Assembly: GCA_046045965.1 (NCBI GenBank)
Contig: JBJOKS010000004.1
Location: 163,150-227,149, forward strand
Source: Cyanobacteriota bacterium
GTDB lineage: Bacteria > Cyanobacteriota > Cyanobacteriia > Cyanobacteriales > Nostocaceae
Length of the DNA: 64,000 nt
Reading direction: 5' to 3'
The notes under the pieces are model-generated. The model did no database searches. It saw only the letters and a program-made list of their open reading frames with translations, and was not told the DNA's origin. Shown piece after piece: positions 30,583 to 39,789 of the stretch. The first letter of the stretch is position 1. Each line of letters starts with the position of its first letter. Both the position numbers and the translations under genes were made by a program.

Positions 30583-31554
30583 TTATTCAAATCCTCCTCC
30601 AGAACTAGGAGTAGGGTTAGTTTGCTCTGGGTAATTATTTTCTACTGGAGGGGAAGTATACATTCGATTAATGGCTAATGGTTCTAAATTATTAGTGGAG
30701 CGATTGTAAACATATTGTCCTACACTCAACCAGTTGGTGGCAAATGCACAATACTGTCTGTTATCAATGGTGATAGAAACTATTCCCACATTGTTACAAC
30801 CAGTAGCAGTTAATCCCCAGTTTTGCAGTAGTGTTAAACCTGGATCTGCATTTGCGGCTGCTATTCTTTGTCTTTCGATTTCAGCTGCAATTTTTGCTTT
30901 TTCTAAATCAGCAGCAATTCTGGCTTTTTCTACATCTGCATTAATCTCTGCTGGACGGCTCGGAGGTGCAATAATTGTGCTTAACAAACCTGCTCCAGCT
31001 TGGATGAGTGTTTGGTTGACACTACCATTAGTTTGGATACTAGCTACTTTTGTACTTGCTTGTGCATTAATGTTTGCTACTTCAACCATTGCTCCGGCGT
31101 TTATGTTAGCTATGTCTCTTTGAATGTCAGCACCATATTTAAAACTCTCCATTTGCATACGAGCGATCGCTTTTGCAGCGTCAGCGTTAATTTCTGCTAT
31201 TGTGACTTCAGCCGCACTCTTGAGTAATTGGTCACAATTTGTTGATTGATATTGGCTCATGGCCATTTCTCGGTTACTGCTGGAACTGCTACTGCTCGAT
31301 CCTGATCCATTGGAATTTCCGCCTATGCCTATAGGTATTCCTTTAATGGGAAACTTAACGTCAATGCCAATGTTTACATTTGTTTGAGAACTGCGTTGGC
31401 TATTAGCAATCGCTTCTCTGACTCTGGCATCTCTTACCGATGAACAAAATGCTAAATCTGATGAATTCAATCCCATCGGATTGGCATAAGCTGGTAGATT
31501 CATCAACAAGATGGATATGGAAAAAATTAGTGGACTCACCTGTTTGCTATTCAT
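30583..31554 (-). CDS. Exported hypothetical protein with Ser-rich beta-hairpin, 11- and 9-residue helical repeats, and two Cys pairs
   Basis: 323-aa ORF with signal peptide (PAYA/N); first gene of the co-oriented cluster; no family recognised. Confidence 0.8.
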   Translation of the reverse strand: MNSKQVSPLIFSISILLMNLPAYANPMGLNSSDLAFCSSVRDARVREAIANSQRSSQTNVNIGIDVKFPIKGIPIGIGGNSNGSGSSSSSSSSNREMAMSQYQSTNCDQLLKSAAEVTIAEINADAAKAIARMQMESFKYGADIQRDIANINAGAMVEVANINAQASTKVASIQTNGSVNQTLIQAGAGLLSTIIAPPSRPAEINADVEKARIAADLEKAKIAAEIERQRIAAANADPGLTLLQNWGLTATGCNNVGIVSITIDNRQYCAFATNWLSVGQYVYNRSTNNLEPLAINRMYTSPPVENNYPEQTNPTPSSGGGFE

Positions 31555-31780
31555 AAGACTCCAAGCATTTAACTAATAAAATACTAGAATTCTTTATGCA
31601 AATATTCTATGGCTTTGCAGCAGTATTTATGGTAAGAAAAGGTCGGAAAAAAGTCGGATCTTTTTGGTGAATTTACGTAAAGTTTTTGCATGAGAAGGGC
31701 TTGTTATCAGCTATGTATGCTATAATGCCATGTACATAAAAATACCTTTTCTTTTAATGCTATTATTTTGCAATAAATAA

Positions 31781-32383
31781 ATGACAGTTGAAGAAGCGAT
31801 CGCAATAGTCGAGCAATTATTAAAACGGGGACACTTAACAAAAGTTCAAGAAATTGTATTCCGTCAATCTTGGATAGGACAGACATACTTAGACATATCT
31901 GTAGAGTATGATTACGATCTTGGTTACATTAAAGATGTGGGTTCGGAATTATGGCGATCGCTCTCGCAAGTTTTAGGAGAAAAAGTGACTAAAAATAACC
32001 TCCAGGGAGTATTGACGCAAACCGAACAGCAACCCAAGGATGAAAAACACCATATAATCAATATCAACAATTCAAAAAGTTGTACAGGGATTTTAGCAGA
32101 ATTAAAATTTGAAGAAGATGTTATTATTATTCGTCAGTTTTTGCGAGAAGATATGATGCAAAATTCAGTAATTTATCAGAATATTTTACAAAAAGGTGAA
32201 AAACAGCAATCTTTGAAATGGATTACCAGTTTTCTAAATTATCGGTTTAGTGAAGTTAATTTATCACTAATAGAAAAAATTAAAATATTACCTCTGCAAA
32301 AGTTAGAACTGTTGAGAAATGTTATATTTGAGTTTTCAACCTTAGCAGATTTAGAAGTGTGGTTAAAAGAAGAAGAAGATTAA
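31781..32383 (+). CDS. Chimeric protein: N-terminal HTH-like domain (as in cyanobacterial NB-ARC/NACHT proteins) fused to an Rpn/DUF4351-like C-terminus
   Basis: L...QE.VFR.SW.G.TY..I....Y..GYIKDVGS.LW..LS..LGEKVTK.N, then ILA.L.FE...IRQFLRED.MQ.SVIYQ.ILQKG...RF......I..L....LE.L....F....DL..WL. Confidence 0.7.
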   Translation: MTVEEAIAIVEQLLKRGHLTKVQEIVFRQSWIGQTYLDISVEYDYDLGYIKDVGSELWRSLSQVLGEKVTKNNLQGVLTQTEQQPKDEKHHIININNSKSCTGILAELKFEEDVIIIRQFLREDMMQNSVIYQNILQKGEKQQSLKWITSFLNYRFSEVNLSLIEKIKILPLQKLELLRNVIFEFSTLADLEVWLKEEED

Positions 32384-32475
32384 TCATGATTCACTAGGTA
32401 TAAATAATTTTACTTATTTACTATTATGTAAATTTATACCTTCTGCCTCTTGAACTGCTAAACTAATTGTTCAAA

Positions 32476-33021
32476 ATGTCAAAGCAACACATAGCTATAT
32501 CAATTAAAATAGAAGCGATTTTGTATTTAAAGGGTAAACCGTTATCTTTGAGTGAAATTGCTGAGTATGCTGGGTGCGATCGCCATACAGCGGAAGAAGG
32601 GATAATTGAACTGATGGATAATTATGCCCGTCGAGATAGTGCGCTGGAAGTTGTAGAAACTGGAAATACGTATAGTTTGCAAGTCCGGTCAGATTTTCAT
32701 GATTTAGTACAAACTTTGATACCTGTGGAATTAGGTGTGGGAGCTTTGCGGACATTAGCAGCGATCGCTCTCAACAGTCCCATTCTCCAAAGCGATTTGA
32801 TTGAATTACGCGGTTCCGGTGTATATCAGCACGTTCCTGAACTGGTAGAATTAGGATTTGTTCGCAAACGCCGAGATGGTGATTCTCGTTCGTATTCATT
32901 ACAAGTTACACCGAAATTTCACCAATATTTTCAAATCGATCAACTTCCGGAAATTCTCCCCAAAACTGAGAAAGAACAACAGTTAGAACTAGAATTAGAG
33001 GTGACAGGGGACAATAAATAG
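32476..33021 (+). CDS. scpB: SMC-Scp complex subunit ScpB
   Basis: IEAILY..G.PL, L.TLA.IA...PI.QS.L...RG and T..F..YF motifs. Confidence 0.93.
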   Translation: MSKQHIAISIKIEAILYLKGKPLSLSEIAEYAGCDRHTAEEGIIELMDNYARRDSALEVVETGNTYSLQVRSDFHDLVQTLIPVELGVGALRTLAAIALNSPILQSDLIELRGSGVYQHVPELVELGFVRKRRDGDSRSYSLQVTPKFHQYFQIDQLPEILPKTEKEQQLELELEVTGDNK

Positions 33022-33059
33022 GCAGGGGAGCAGGGAGCAGGGAGCAGGGGGAGGTTAAT

Positions 33060-33117
33060 AAACCAATGACCAATGACCAATGACCAATGACCAATGACCA
33101 ATGACCAATGACCAATA
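33060..33117. repeat. STRR array (CCAATGA)n
   Basis: Tandem 7-mers. Confidence 0.9.
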
Positions 33118-33191
33118 ACAACTGAATAAATGCGCTAGGCTTGTACTATGGTTTAAAGTAGAATTAGCAACTAAGCTAAAAGAAATTGCCA

Positions 33192-33536
33192 ATGGTGTTT
33201 GATCCTGACTTTTTAAATGACAACTCCGAGGAACACACTAACCAGCTTCTGAACGAACACTTGGGGGACAACCCGAATCAATTATTGAAATATTTACAGC
33301 ATCAATCTCCCGACGTTCTAGCCCGTGTAGCCCAGTCTGTCAGCCCGGAAATTAAACAAATCATTTCCCAGAATGTCCAAGGACTAGTGGGAATGCTCCC
33401 AGCAGAGAGTTTTAATGTCCAAATTACTACAGATCGGGATAACTTAGCGGGGCTGTTAGCATCAGCAATGATGACTGGTTATTTTTTACGCCAGATGGAA
33501 CAAAGAATGCAATTGGAGCATTTGTCTAATCAATAG
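33192..33536 (+). CDS. DUF760 family protein
   Basis: N.LL.YLQ...P..L.....S.SPE......NV.GL.G.LP...F.V.ITT.R.NLA.LLASAMM.GYFLR..EQR..LE. Confidence 0.88.
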   Translation: MVFDPDFLNDNSEEHTNQLLNEHLGDNPNQLLKYLQHQSPDVLARVAQSVSPEIKQIISQNVQGLVGMLPAESFNVQITTDRDNLAGLLASAMMTGYFLRQMEQRMQLEHLSNQ

Positions 33537-33576
33537 TTAACTGTACAGACGTGATTAACTACGCCTGTACTCTTAA

Positions 33577-34779
33577 TTATTTTTCCTTGTCAGTTCCTAA
33601 GCTAACTTTGAATGTTTGAGTTTTACCATTACGGTTGACTTCAATTTTCAGAATGTCTCCGACTTGACTTGAATCAATAATCTTATGTACTTGGGCTGTA
33701 ATGTTCACTGGTTTACCGTTGATTTTTTGAATCACGTCTCCGGGGAGCAGTCCTCCTTGCTCTGCTGTTGAATCTTTGAGAACTTTCTTAATCACAATGC
33801 CAACATTTGACTGAATGTTGAGTTTATTGTCCTGATTCAACTGCTCTTTTTTGGTAGGTGAAAGGTCTACCATTTCAATACCCAAAAAAGGGTGATCTGC
33901 TTTTCCTTTGGTAAATAGCTCATTAGCTATACGCGCAGCAGTTTCAATGGGAATAGCAAAACCCAACCCTTGAGCATCGCTGCGGATAGCGGTATTAACG
34001 CCGATAACTTCACCTTGGGCATTTAAGAGAGGTCCACCAGAGTTACCAGGGTTAATGGCTGCGTCGGTTTGGATGAAGCTAACGCGTTTATTGGGAACGC
34101 CTACTTGGGTGCTGGTGCGGTCGGTGGCGCTGATGATACCAATAGTAACAGTATTATCTAAACCTAAAGGATTGCCAATGGCGATCGCCCATTGGCCAGG
34201 AATTAAGTTTTTTGAATTGCCTAATTTGACTGTAGGTAATTTCTCCGCAGGAATTTTGACTACTGCTACATCTGTGACAGTATCAACACCCACCACCTTA
34301 CCTTCAAAAGTTCGACCATCTTTGAGGGTAACTTGTACTGTATCTGTCTGTGCAACTACGTGAGCATTGGTTAATAGTTGACCATCTGCGCTTAAAATAA
34401 ATCCTGATCCTGTACCCCGCTCAATTCGTTCTTGGGGAATTGGTTCTTCATCCTCCCCAAAAAAACGCCTCCACATAGGATTTTTCAAAGCATCAAAAAT
34501 GGGATTAGCCACTTTACGAGTAGCATTAATTCGTACAACCGCAGGACCAACCCTTTGGACAGCAGTAGCAATAAAGTTTACATTGTTGCCACCAGCAGAA
34601 TTACTTAGTCCCTGAGAAGGATAAGCAATCACAGATTCTGAAGGTACAGATGCTGTGACATTTTTCAACTCTTGAAACGAGCCATTGCTAGGCAGAAAAC
34701 GACTACCAAATACACCAAGACTACCGCCTATAGCCACTAAAAACAAGTAAACGGCTAATTCCTTCACAGATAACTTCAT
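33577..34779 (-). CDS. HtrA/HhoA/HhoB-family serine protease with PDZ domain
   Basis: GTGSGFI, TNAHVV, IQTDAAINPGNSGGPL and a C-terminal PDZ (FLGI..., GL.PGDVI). Confidence 0.93.
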   Translation of the reverse strand: MKLSVKELAVYLFLVAIGGSLGVFGSRFLPSNGSFQELKNVTASVPSESVIAYPSQGLSNSAGGNNVNFIATAVQRVGPAVVRINATRKVANPIFDALKNPMWRRFFGEDEEPIPQERIERGTGSGFILSADGQLLTNAHVVAQTDTVQVTLKDGRTFEGKVVGVDTVTDVAVVKIPAEKLPTVKLGNSKNLIPGQWAIAIGNPLGLDNTVTIGIISATDRTSTQVGVPNKRVSFIQTDAAINPGNSGGPLLNAQGEVIGVNTAIRSDAQGLGFAIPIETAARIANELFTKGKADHPFLGIEMVDLSPTKKEQLNQDNKLNIQSNVGIVIKKVLKDSTAEQGGLLPGDVIQKINGKPVNITAQVHKIIDSSQVGDILKIEVNRNGKTQTFKVSLGTDKEK

Positions 34780-34830
34780 AATTAATTAAGAATAATTACG
34801 CTTACAGAAAAACAGCTACTAAGTAAGAAT

Positions 34831-34885
<55 letters not shown>

Positions 34886-35164
34886 AGTATAGGTGGGAAT
34901 GTTTGATAAATCAGTAGATGATCAAATAGTGAGTTTGGGTAGTAGGTTTGGGAGTACCCTGGAAAAAGCTGACAGCTGACAGCTGATAGCTGAATGCTTA
35001 CATTACTAACTTATAAGTGTAGTCAAGTAAATGATAAGTGAACAGATGAGTTAATAGAAATTAAATACATTATTTGGGATCATCTCAAGTCAAACAAAAA
35101 AATTATCCCATCTTTAAAATTCCCCAACTAAAATCGAGAATTAGCAATCTCTAAACTGGTTGAC

Positions 35165-36052
35165 ATGAATTTTCCCTATCATCCAATGTTTCTCTTGAGC
35201 TTAATTAGCACTTTGGGGCTAATATCCACAATAACAGCACTGAAAAGCGCATATTCTGCTGAACCAAGTTGTTCAACTCCCGCCCTATCTCGCATCCAAA
35301 AACATCAAGTTACTCGTGGTGAGACTTTAGATATCATAGCCCAGCGATATCAGCTCATGCCAGCAACAATTATTAACATGAATCCATTTGTAAATAAAGG
35401 CACAGTAACAACTGGAACTCAACTGCAAATTCCCCCCTTCGATGGAATTGTGGTACAAGTCCCCAGTGGTCAAAATTGGAGACAAGTGGCAGCAAATTAT
35501 AAAGTTCGTCCAGATACATTGTTCGAAATTAATGGTTGTCAGCAAAACCCCAGAGTTGTCTTTGTTCCAGTTGTACCAAGAGTAAGAGAAACAGCAAATC
35601 GGATCATTGCTGGTTCTGATGTACAAACTGCATCATCAGCAAGTATCACCGGATATCCTTTAGCTAATTCTACAACCGCAGCCTTACCTTATGGGTGGCA
35701 AATGCATCCAATTACAGGTAAAGTTTTCTTTCATAGTGGTGTAGATTTAGTAGCAGAAGTAGGTACACCTGTGCAAGCGATCGCTCCCGGTGTTGTAGTA
35801 TTTGCTAAAGACCAGGCCAGCTACGGTAAATTAGTGATTATTAACCACGCAGGTGGACTACAAACCCGTTACGCTCAACTAGAAACAATTCAAGTTACCC
35901 TGGGACAAAATGTAAAACAAGGTGACATATTAGGAACTGTTGGTGCTACAGGCCAACCAACTTCTAGAGAAACACACCTGCATTTTGAACTCCGTGCTAA
36001 TGAACCACTCGGTTGGACAGCAAAAGATCCAAAAGAGTATTTAACAAGGTGA
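35165..36052 (+). CDS. LysM/M23 peptidoglycan endopeptidase
   Basis: LysM (H.V..GETL..IA.RY); M23 HSGVD and HLHFE motifs. Confidence 0.9.
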   Translation: MNFPYHPMFLLSLISTLGLISTITALKSAYSAEPSCSTPALSRIQKHQVTRGETLDIIAQRYQLMPATIINMNPFVNKGTVTTGTQLQIPPFDGIVVQVPSGQNWRQVAANYKVRPDTLFEINGCQQNPRVVFVPVVPRVRETANRIIAGSDVQTASSASITGYPLANSTTAALPYGWQMHPITGKVFFHSGVDLVAEVGTPVQAIAPGVVVFAKDQASYGKLVIINHAGGLQTRYAQLETIQVTLGQNVKQGDILGTVGATGQPTSRETHLHFELRANEPLGWTAKDPKEYLTR

Positions 36053-36127
36053 CTGGGGACTGGGGACTGGGGACTGGGGACTGGTGACTGGTGACTGGTG
36101 ACTGGTGACTGGTGACTGGTGACTGGG
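36051..36127. repeat. STRR array (GACTGGG/GACTGGT)n between convergent genes
   Basis: Tandem 7-mers. Confidence 0.9.
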
Positions 36128-36164
36128 TAATCAATTTTATTTTTCCCTCTTCCCCAATTACCAA

Positions 36165-37181
36165 TTACCATTCTGTTGATTTAATGATGTGCATTCCTGC
36201 CGCTGCAAATTTAGCAAAGCTGGCGTTAGCTTGTTCTGTGTAGTCAACAATTCCCGGAACGACAACAGGTGAGGTGCAATCTTCTAACAGATAGATTTTT
36301 TTTGTCAGGGTGCTATCTATCTGTTGAATTTCTGTTAATAAATCATCAATTGTCCAAGCAACACAATGACTTTTAGCCTGTCCACCAATAATCACTTGTT
36401 CATATTCTAAAAGTTGTTTTATCAAACTTGTATTTTTTTGTGCAATAGGTTTTTCATCAAAACCAGTTAAAACTTCAGGACGTAAGATAGAATAATTTTC
36501 TGTTAAAGCATTTTCCCCTTTTAATTCAAATTGTGTTTGAGTTTTGCGAGTGATACTATGAAAAAAGATTGCTTCTTCTACTGCGGAAACTAAAGCATGA
36601 CCAATTCCTCCTAACATAGAATGATAAGGCCAAACTGTCAGGGGATATTTGCCATGTTTACTAAGTTGTTGAATATAATGAAAAGCTTGTTTTTTCAGAA
36701 GTTCATAATTACCATTTGTCACACTATCAGCAACCGCTGGGTTAACTTGCCAAATTCCTTTTTCAATATCTGCTAAAGTAATATTAGTAGCTGCTGGTGT
36801 GGGATGTTCTCCATTTGCATTGATCCAAAATATCGGATGGAAAATTTGCATAGCTGTGTGAGTATCTAAGGTGGGGATAATTTTGGTAATTCTGCCCAAG
36901 TTACGATAAATAAACTCACATAATTTTTTGTTATCATCTATTGCAGCAGTTCCGCTTTGTCCACCTACATATAATTCAAAATCGGGAATACAAAAGGTAT
37001 TTTGGACATCAATTAATAATAGACAAATGCGGTTTTTATCGGTTGCTGCTGGGGGAATATTATATTGTTTTGTCCATGCTTCCGCTGCTGCTGCCAATTG
37101 CTGATAAGGTACACGGTATATTTCCCCGACTTTGTTGGGGTGGAAGTGGGGAGGGATGGGGAGTTGGGTTGGTTGTGTCAT
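36165..37181 (-). CDS. Isochorismatase/nicotinamidase-like cysteine hydrolase
   Basis: LLLIDVQNTF, TLDTH, WPYH, KG.N...E.YS and GQAKSHCV motifs. Confidence 0.85.
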   Translation of the reverse strand: MTQPTQLPIPPHFHPNKVGEIYRVPYQQLAAAAEAWTKQYNIPPAATDKNRICLLLIDVQNTFCIPDFELYVGGQSGTAAIDDNKKLCEFIYRNLGRITKIIPTLDTHTAMQIFHPIFWINANGEHPTPAATNITLADIEKGIWQVNPAVADSVTNGNYELLKKQAFHYIQQLSKHGKYPLTVWPYHSMLGGIGHALVSAVEEAIFFHSITRKTQTQFELKGENALTENYSILRPEVLTGFDEKPIAQKNTSLIKQLLEYEQVIIGGQAKSHCVAWTIDDLLTEIQQIDSTLTKKIYLLEDCTSPVVVPGIVDYTEQANASFAKFAAAGMHIIKSTEW

Positions 37182-38045
37182 GGGTTTATTTAGTCTTTTT
37201 ATATTTAAGTAGGTAGGAACTTACACCAAATATTTAGCAATATCTTATTTCTCTGTGTTCTCTGTACCTCTGTGGTTCGTAGTTCTGATGTTTTAATTCT
37301 AATATGATCAACTAAGTGAATGTATCAAAATTTAAGATAAGTCTTGATTTTTCAATGTTTCATTTTTTCATCAACTTATAAGATTTTTAATAAGTCTCGC
37401 TTTTTCACAACTTGTATAGTCTTATTATTAATAAATCCCCATGCTATATAAGAAAAACAGCAAAAAGCTTGTTTTTAACCTTATCACTTCATTTAGTGAT
37501 AATTGAAAATTATGACAATACAGAAAATAGTTTAAATATTACTAACTTTAGAAGTTTTCTCTTTATGTTTTCTTAATATTTAATTGAAAAATATTTTTAT
37601 TTAGCAACGAGATTGCAATACTTTCGGCGATTTGCTATAATTTTTTCAAAATTCATGATCCAGGCGTAGTATGTCATTTAGTAAAAATCGGGTTTAATGG
37701 CAGCCAAAACCCTTGATTTTACGTTATTTGAGAAATAGTCAAAATCTGCATAGGTCAAAAAATCGGTAATTCGGAAAACTTTTTTGCGGGTGAAATGGGA
37801 GGTTGATTCATGTCCCGTAAAAGGGTGGGTTGACAAAATAGGCAAGTTATGGCCCGGAATTGTTAATATTCTATATACATAAATAAAAGATATCCTTAAT
37901 CCGCTGTATATTTTTAAATCGAAACATTTTGGTTATTCAGATATGTGGTAACGAATGTTAAGAACAGTAACATGATTATTGATAATTTTGATACGGTCAG
38001 TTATGCTGATAAAACTTCAACAACGTATATTTTAATGCTCTTGCA

Positions 38046-39302
38046 GTGTTAAATCTAATTGCCCAATATACACAAGAACTTGACAAGTTAGAACAAGCGA
38101 AGGAAGCAGTACCAGAAGAAATTTTACAAGTTTTGTTGGTGCGCGATCGCATACAGAAAATATTAAGTGACAACACAGATATTTCCGCAGATATGCTGTC
38201 GAAATTATTTAAATTGGATAGTCGCTTAAAAAAACAGGCTAATAAAATTAATCAAATAGAAGAAATAGGAGAATGGCGTAATAATTTAGAGATACCCATC
38301 ACATCTTGGTGGTGGTTTTTGCCACCGGAAAATCATCATTTAGATCAATATGATTGGTTATGGAACTCTTTAACAGTGGGTTCTCTCACCCTATCTTTGA
38401 GTTTAGTTGTTGATATTTCTAACCGATTTTTAAGTGGAGGAGTAGGTTTTTCTAGTGCTTTAGCTACAATTTTACCGAGTGTTTTAACTCTATTTACTGC
38501 GGGGGGAGTATTAACAGGAGCAGGAAAAACAGCGATTGAAAATTTGTTATTGAAACTGCGAATACCCACCTATTTTTTAGCAGAAGCTAAATTAGTAATG
38601 TCTGCCACACTTTTATTTGGATTAATAGGATTTAAAGCTTATATTCCCCAAATTGCTCAACAGATAGCAAATGATAAACAAGGGTTAGAAAATTACAAAA
38701 ATTATAATTGGGATCAAGCAATTTCCAACTACGAAAAAGCGATTAATCTAGATCCAGATAATGCCCAAGCTCACAGACAACTAGGACTTATTTATGAGCA
38801 ATTACAAGATTTAGAAAAAGCCAAAATTGAATATAAGTTAGCAGCAAAAGGGAATCTACCAATCGCATATAGCAATTTAGCCAGATTATATCTTTTGGAA
38901 AAAAAACCCACGGAAGCAGTTTCATTACTTTATGTTTTGTGGAATTTTCAGCCTAAAGTTAATGAAAAACCGCAAACTCAAGACAACATCTTAAGATATA
39001 ACCTTTATAAAAACTTTGGTTGGGCAAGATTTCAACAAAACCGTTACGAAGAAGCAAAAGAAGAATTAGAAAAAGCGATTACTTTTCATGAAAAACTAAC
39101 TGATAGTGAAAAAGATGGTGCAGCTTATTGTTTACTCGCCCAAGTTTTAGAGAAATTAGAAGATGAGAAAAAAAACAAAGTACATTTGCAAAAATATCAA
39201 GAACATTGGGAATTATGTATAAGTAACGGTAATCCTCGCTTTCCTGAAGTTGATGAATGGAAATTTACAGCTAATCAACGTTTATCAGAAGGAGAAAAAT
39301 AA
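38046..39302 (+). CDS. Membrane-anchored TPR protein
   Basis: Two to three hydrophobic segments (about aa 105-200), then TPRs (AI.NYEKAI.LDPDNAQAH..LG.IYE); C-terminal AAYCLLAQV.E...W..C....PE.D.W. Confidence 0.85.
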   Translation: MLNLIAQYTQELDKLEQAKEAVPEEILQVLLVRDRIQKILSDNTDISADMLSKLFKLDSRLKKQANKINQIEEIGEWRNNLEIPITSWWWFLPPENHHLDQYDWLWNSLTVGSLTLSLSLVVDISNRFLSGGVGFSSALATILPSVLTLFTAGGVLTGAGKTAIENLLLKLRIPTYFLAEAKLVMSATLLFGLIGFKAYIPQIAQQIANDKQGLENYKNYNWDQAISNYEKAINLDPDNAQAHRQLGLIYEQLQDLEKAKIEYKLAAKGNLPIAYSNLARLYLLEKKPTEAVSLLYVLWNFQPKVNEKPQTQDNILRYNLYKNFGWARFQQNRYEEAKEELEKAITFHEKLTDSEKDGAAYCLLAQVLEKLEDEKKNKVHLQKYQEHWELCISNGNPRFPEVDEWKFTANQRLSEGEK

Positions 39303-39715
39303 TGTCTGCCAAAATTGATCAAGTTACAGGTGATGTCATGATTAAAAGAAAAGGTAAAACCCAGAGGCATCAAGCAACAAAAGGCACAGTAATTAACGAT
39401 GGAGATTTATTGATTATAGGCAAAAACAGCTTTGTTGAATATACTTGTGATAATGGAATTAAAACTACTCAAACAAAAAATTGGCGATATGGTTTAAACG
39501 ATCTATGTCCAATCAATAGTCCAAGTTTAACCAAAACAGCAGAGAAGCTTTCTTTGAAATTAGCAACAACTCGATGGGAACTAGCAGAAGTAAAAATAGC
39601 TCAGGGAAAATCAGGAGAAGCCAAAAATCTCCTAGAAAAAGCAATCAGTGAATTTTCTGAATTAGAAGATGAAGATATGGTTGCTTACTTACAACAGAAA
39701 ATTGATGAATTATAA
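39302..39715 (+). CDS. Hypothetical protein: FecR-like beta N-terminus plus a single TPR-like helix pair
   Basis: I..V.G.V.IKR.G......A..GT.I..GD.L..G pattern; TAATG overlap with the upstream stop. Confidence 0.65.
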   Translation: MSAKIDQVTGDVMIKRKGKTQRHQATKGTVINDGDLLIIGKNSFVEYTCDNGIKTTQTKNWRYGLNDLCPINSPSLTKTAEKLSLKLATTRWELAEVKIAQGKSGEAKNLLEKAISEFSELEDEDMVAYLQQKIDEL

Positions 39716-39789
39716 GAAAATACCCGACTTCTTGAAGAAATCGGGTATCTGCACCTGAGCCGAAATCACTCATTTACCATGAAGTGAAA

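Noticed and set aside
37680..37860. Sequence loosely reminiscent of cyanobacterial CRISPR leaders
   Set aside because: No repeat-spacer units follow, and the resemblance is only an impression.
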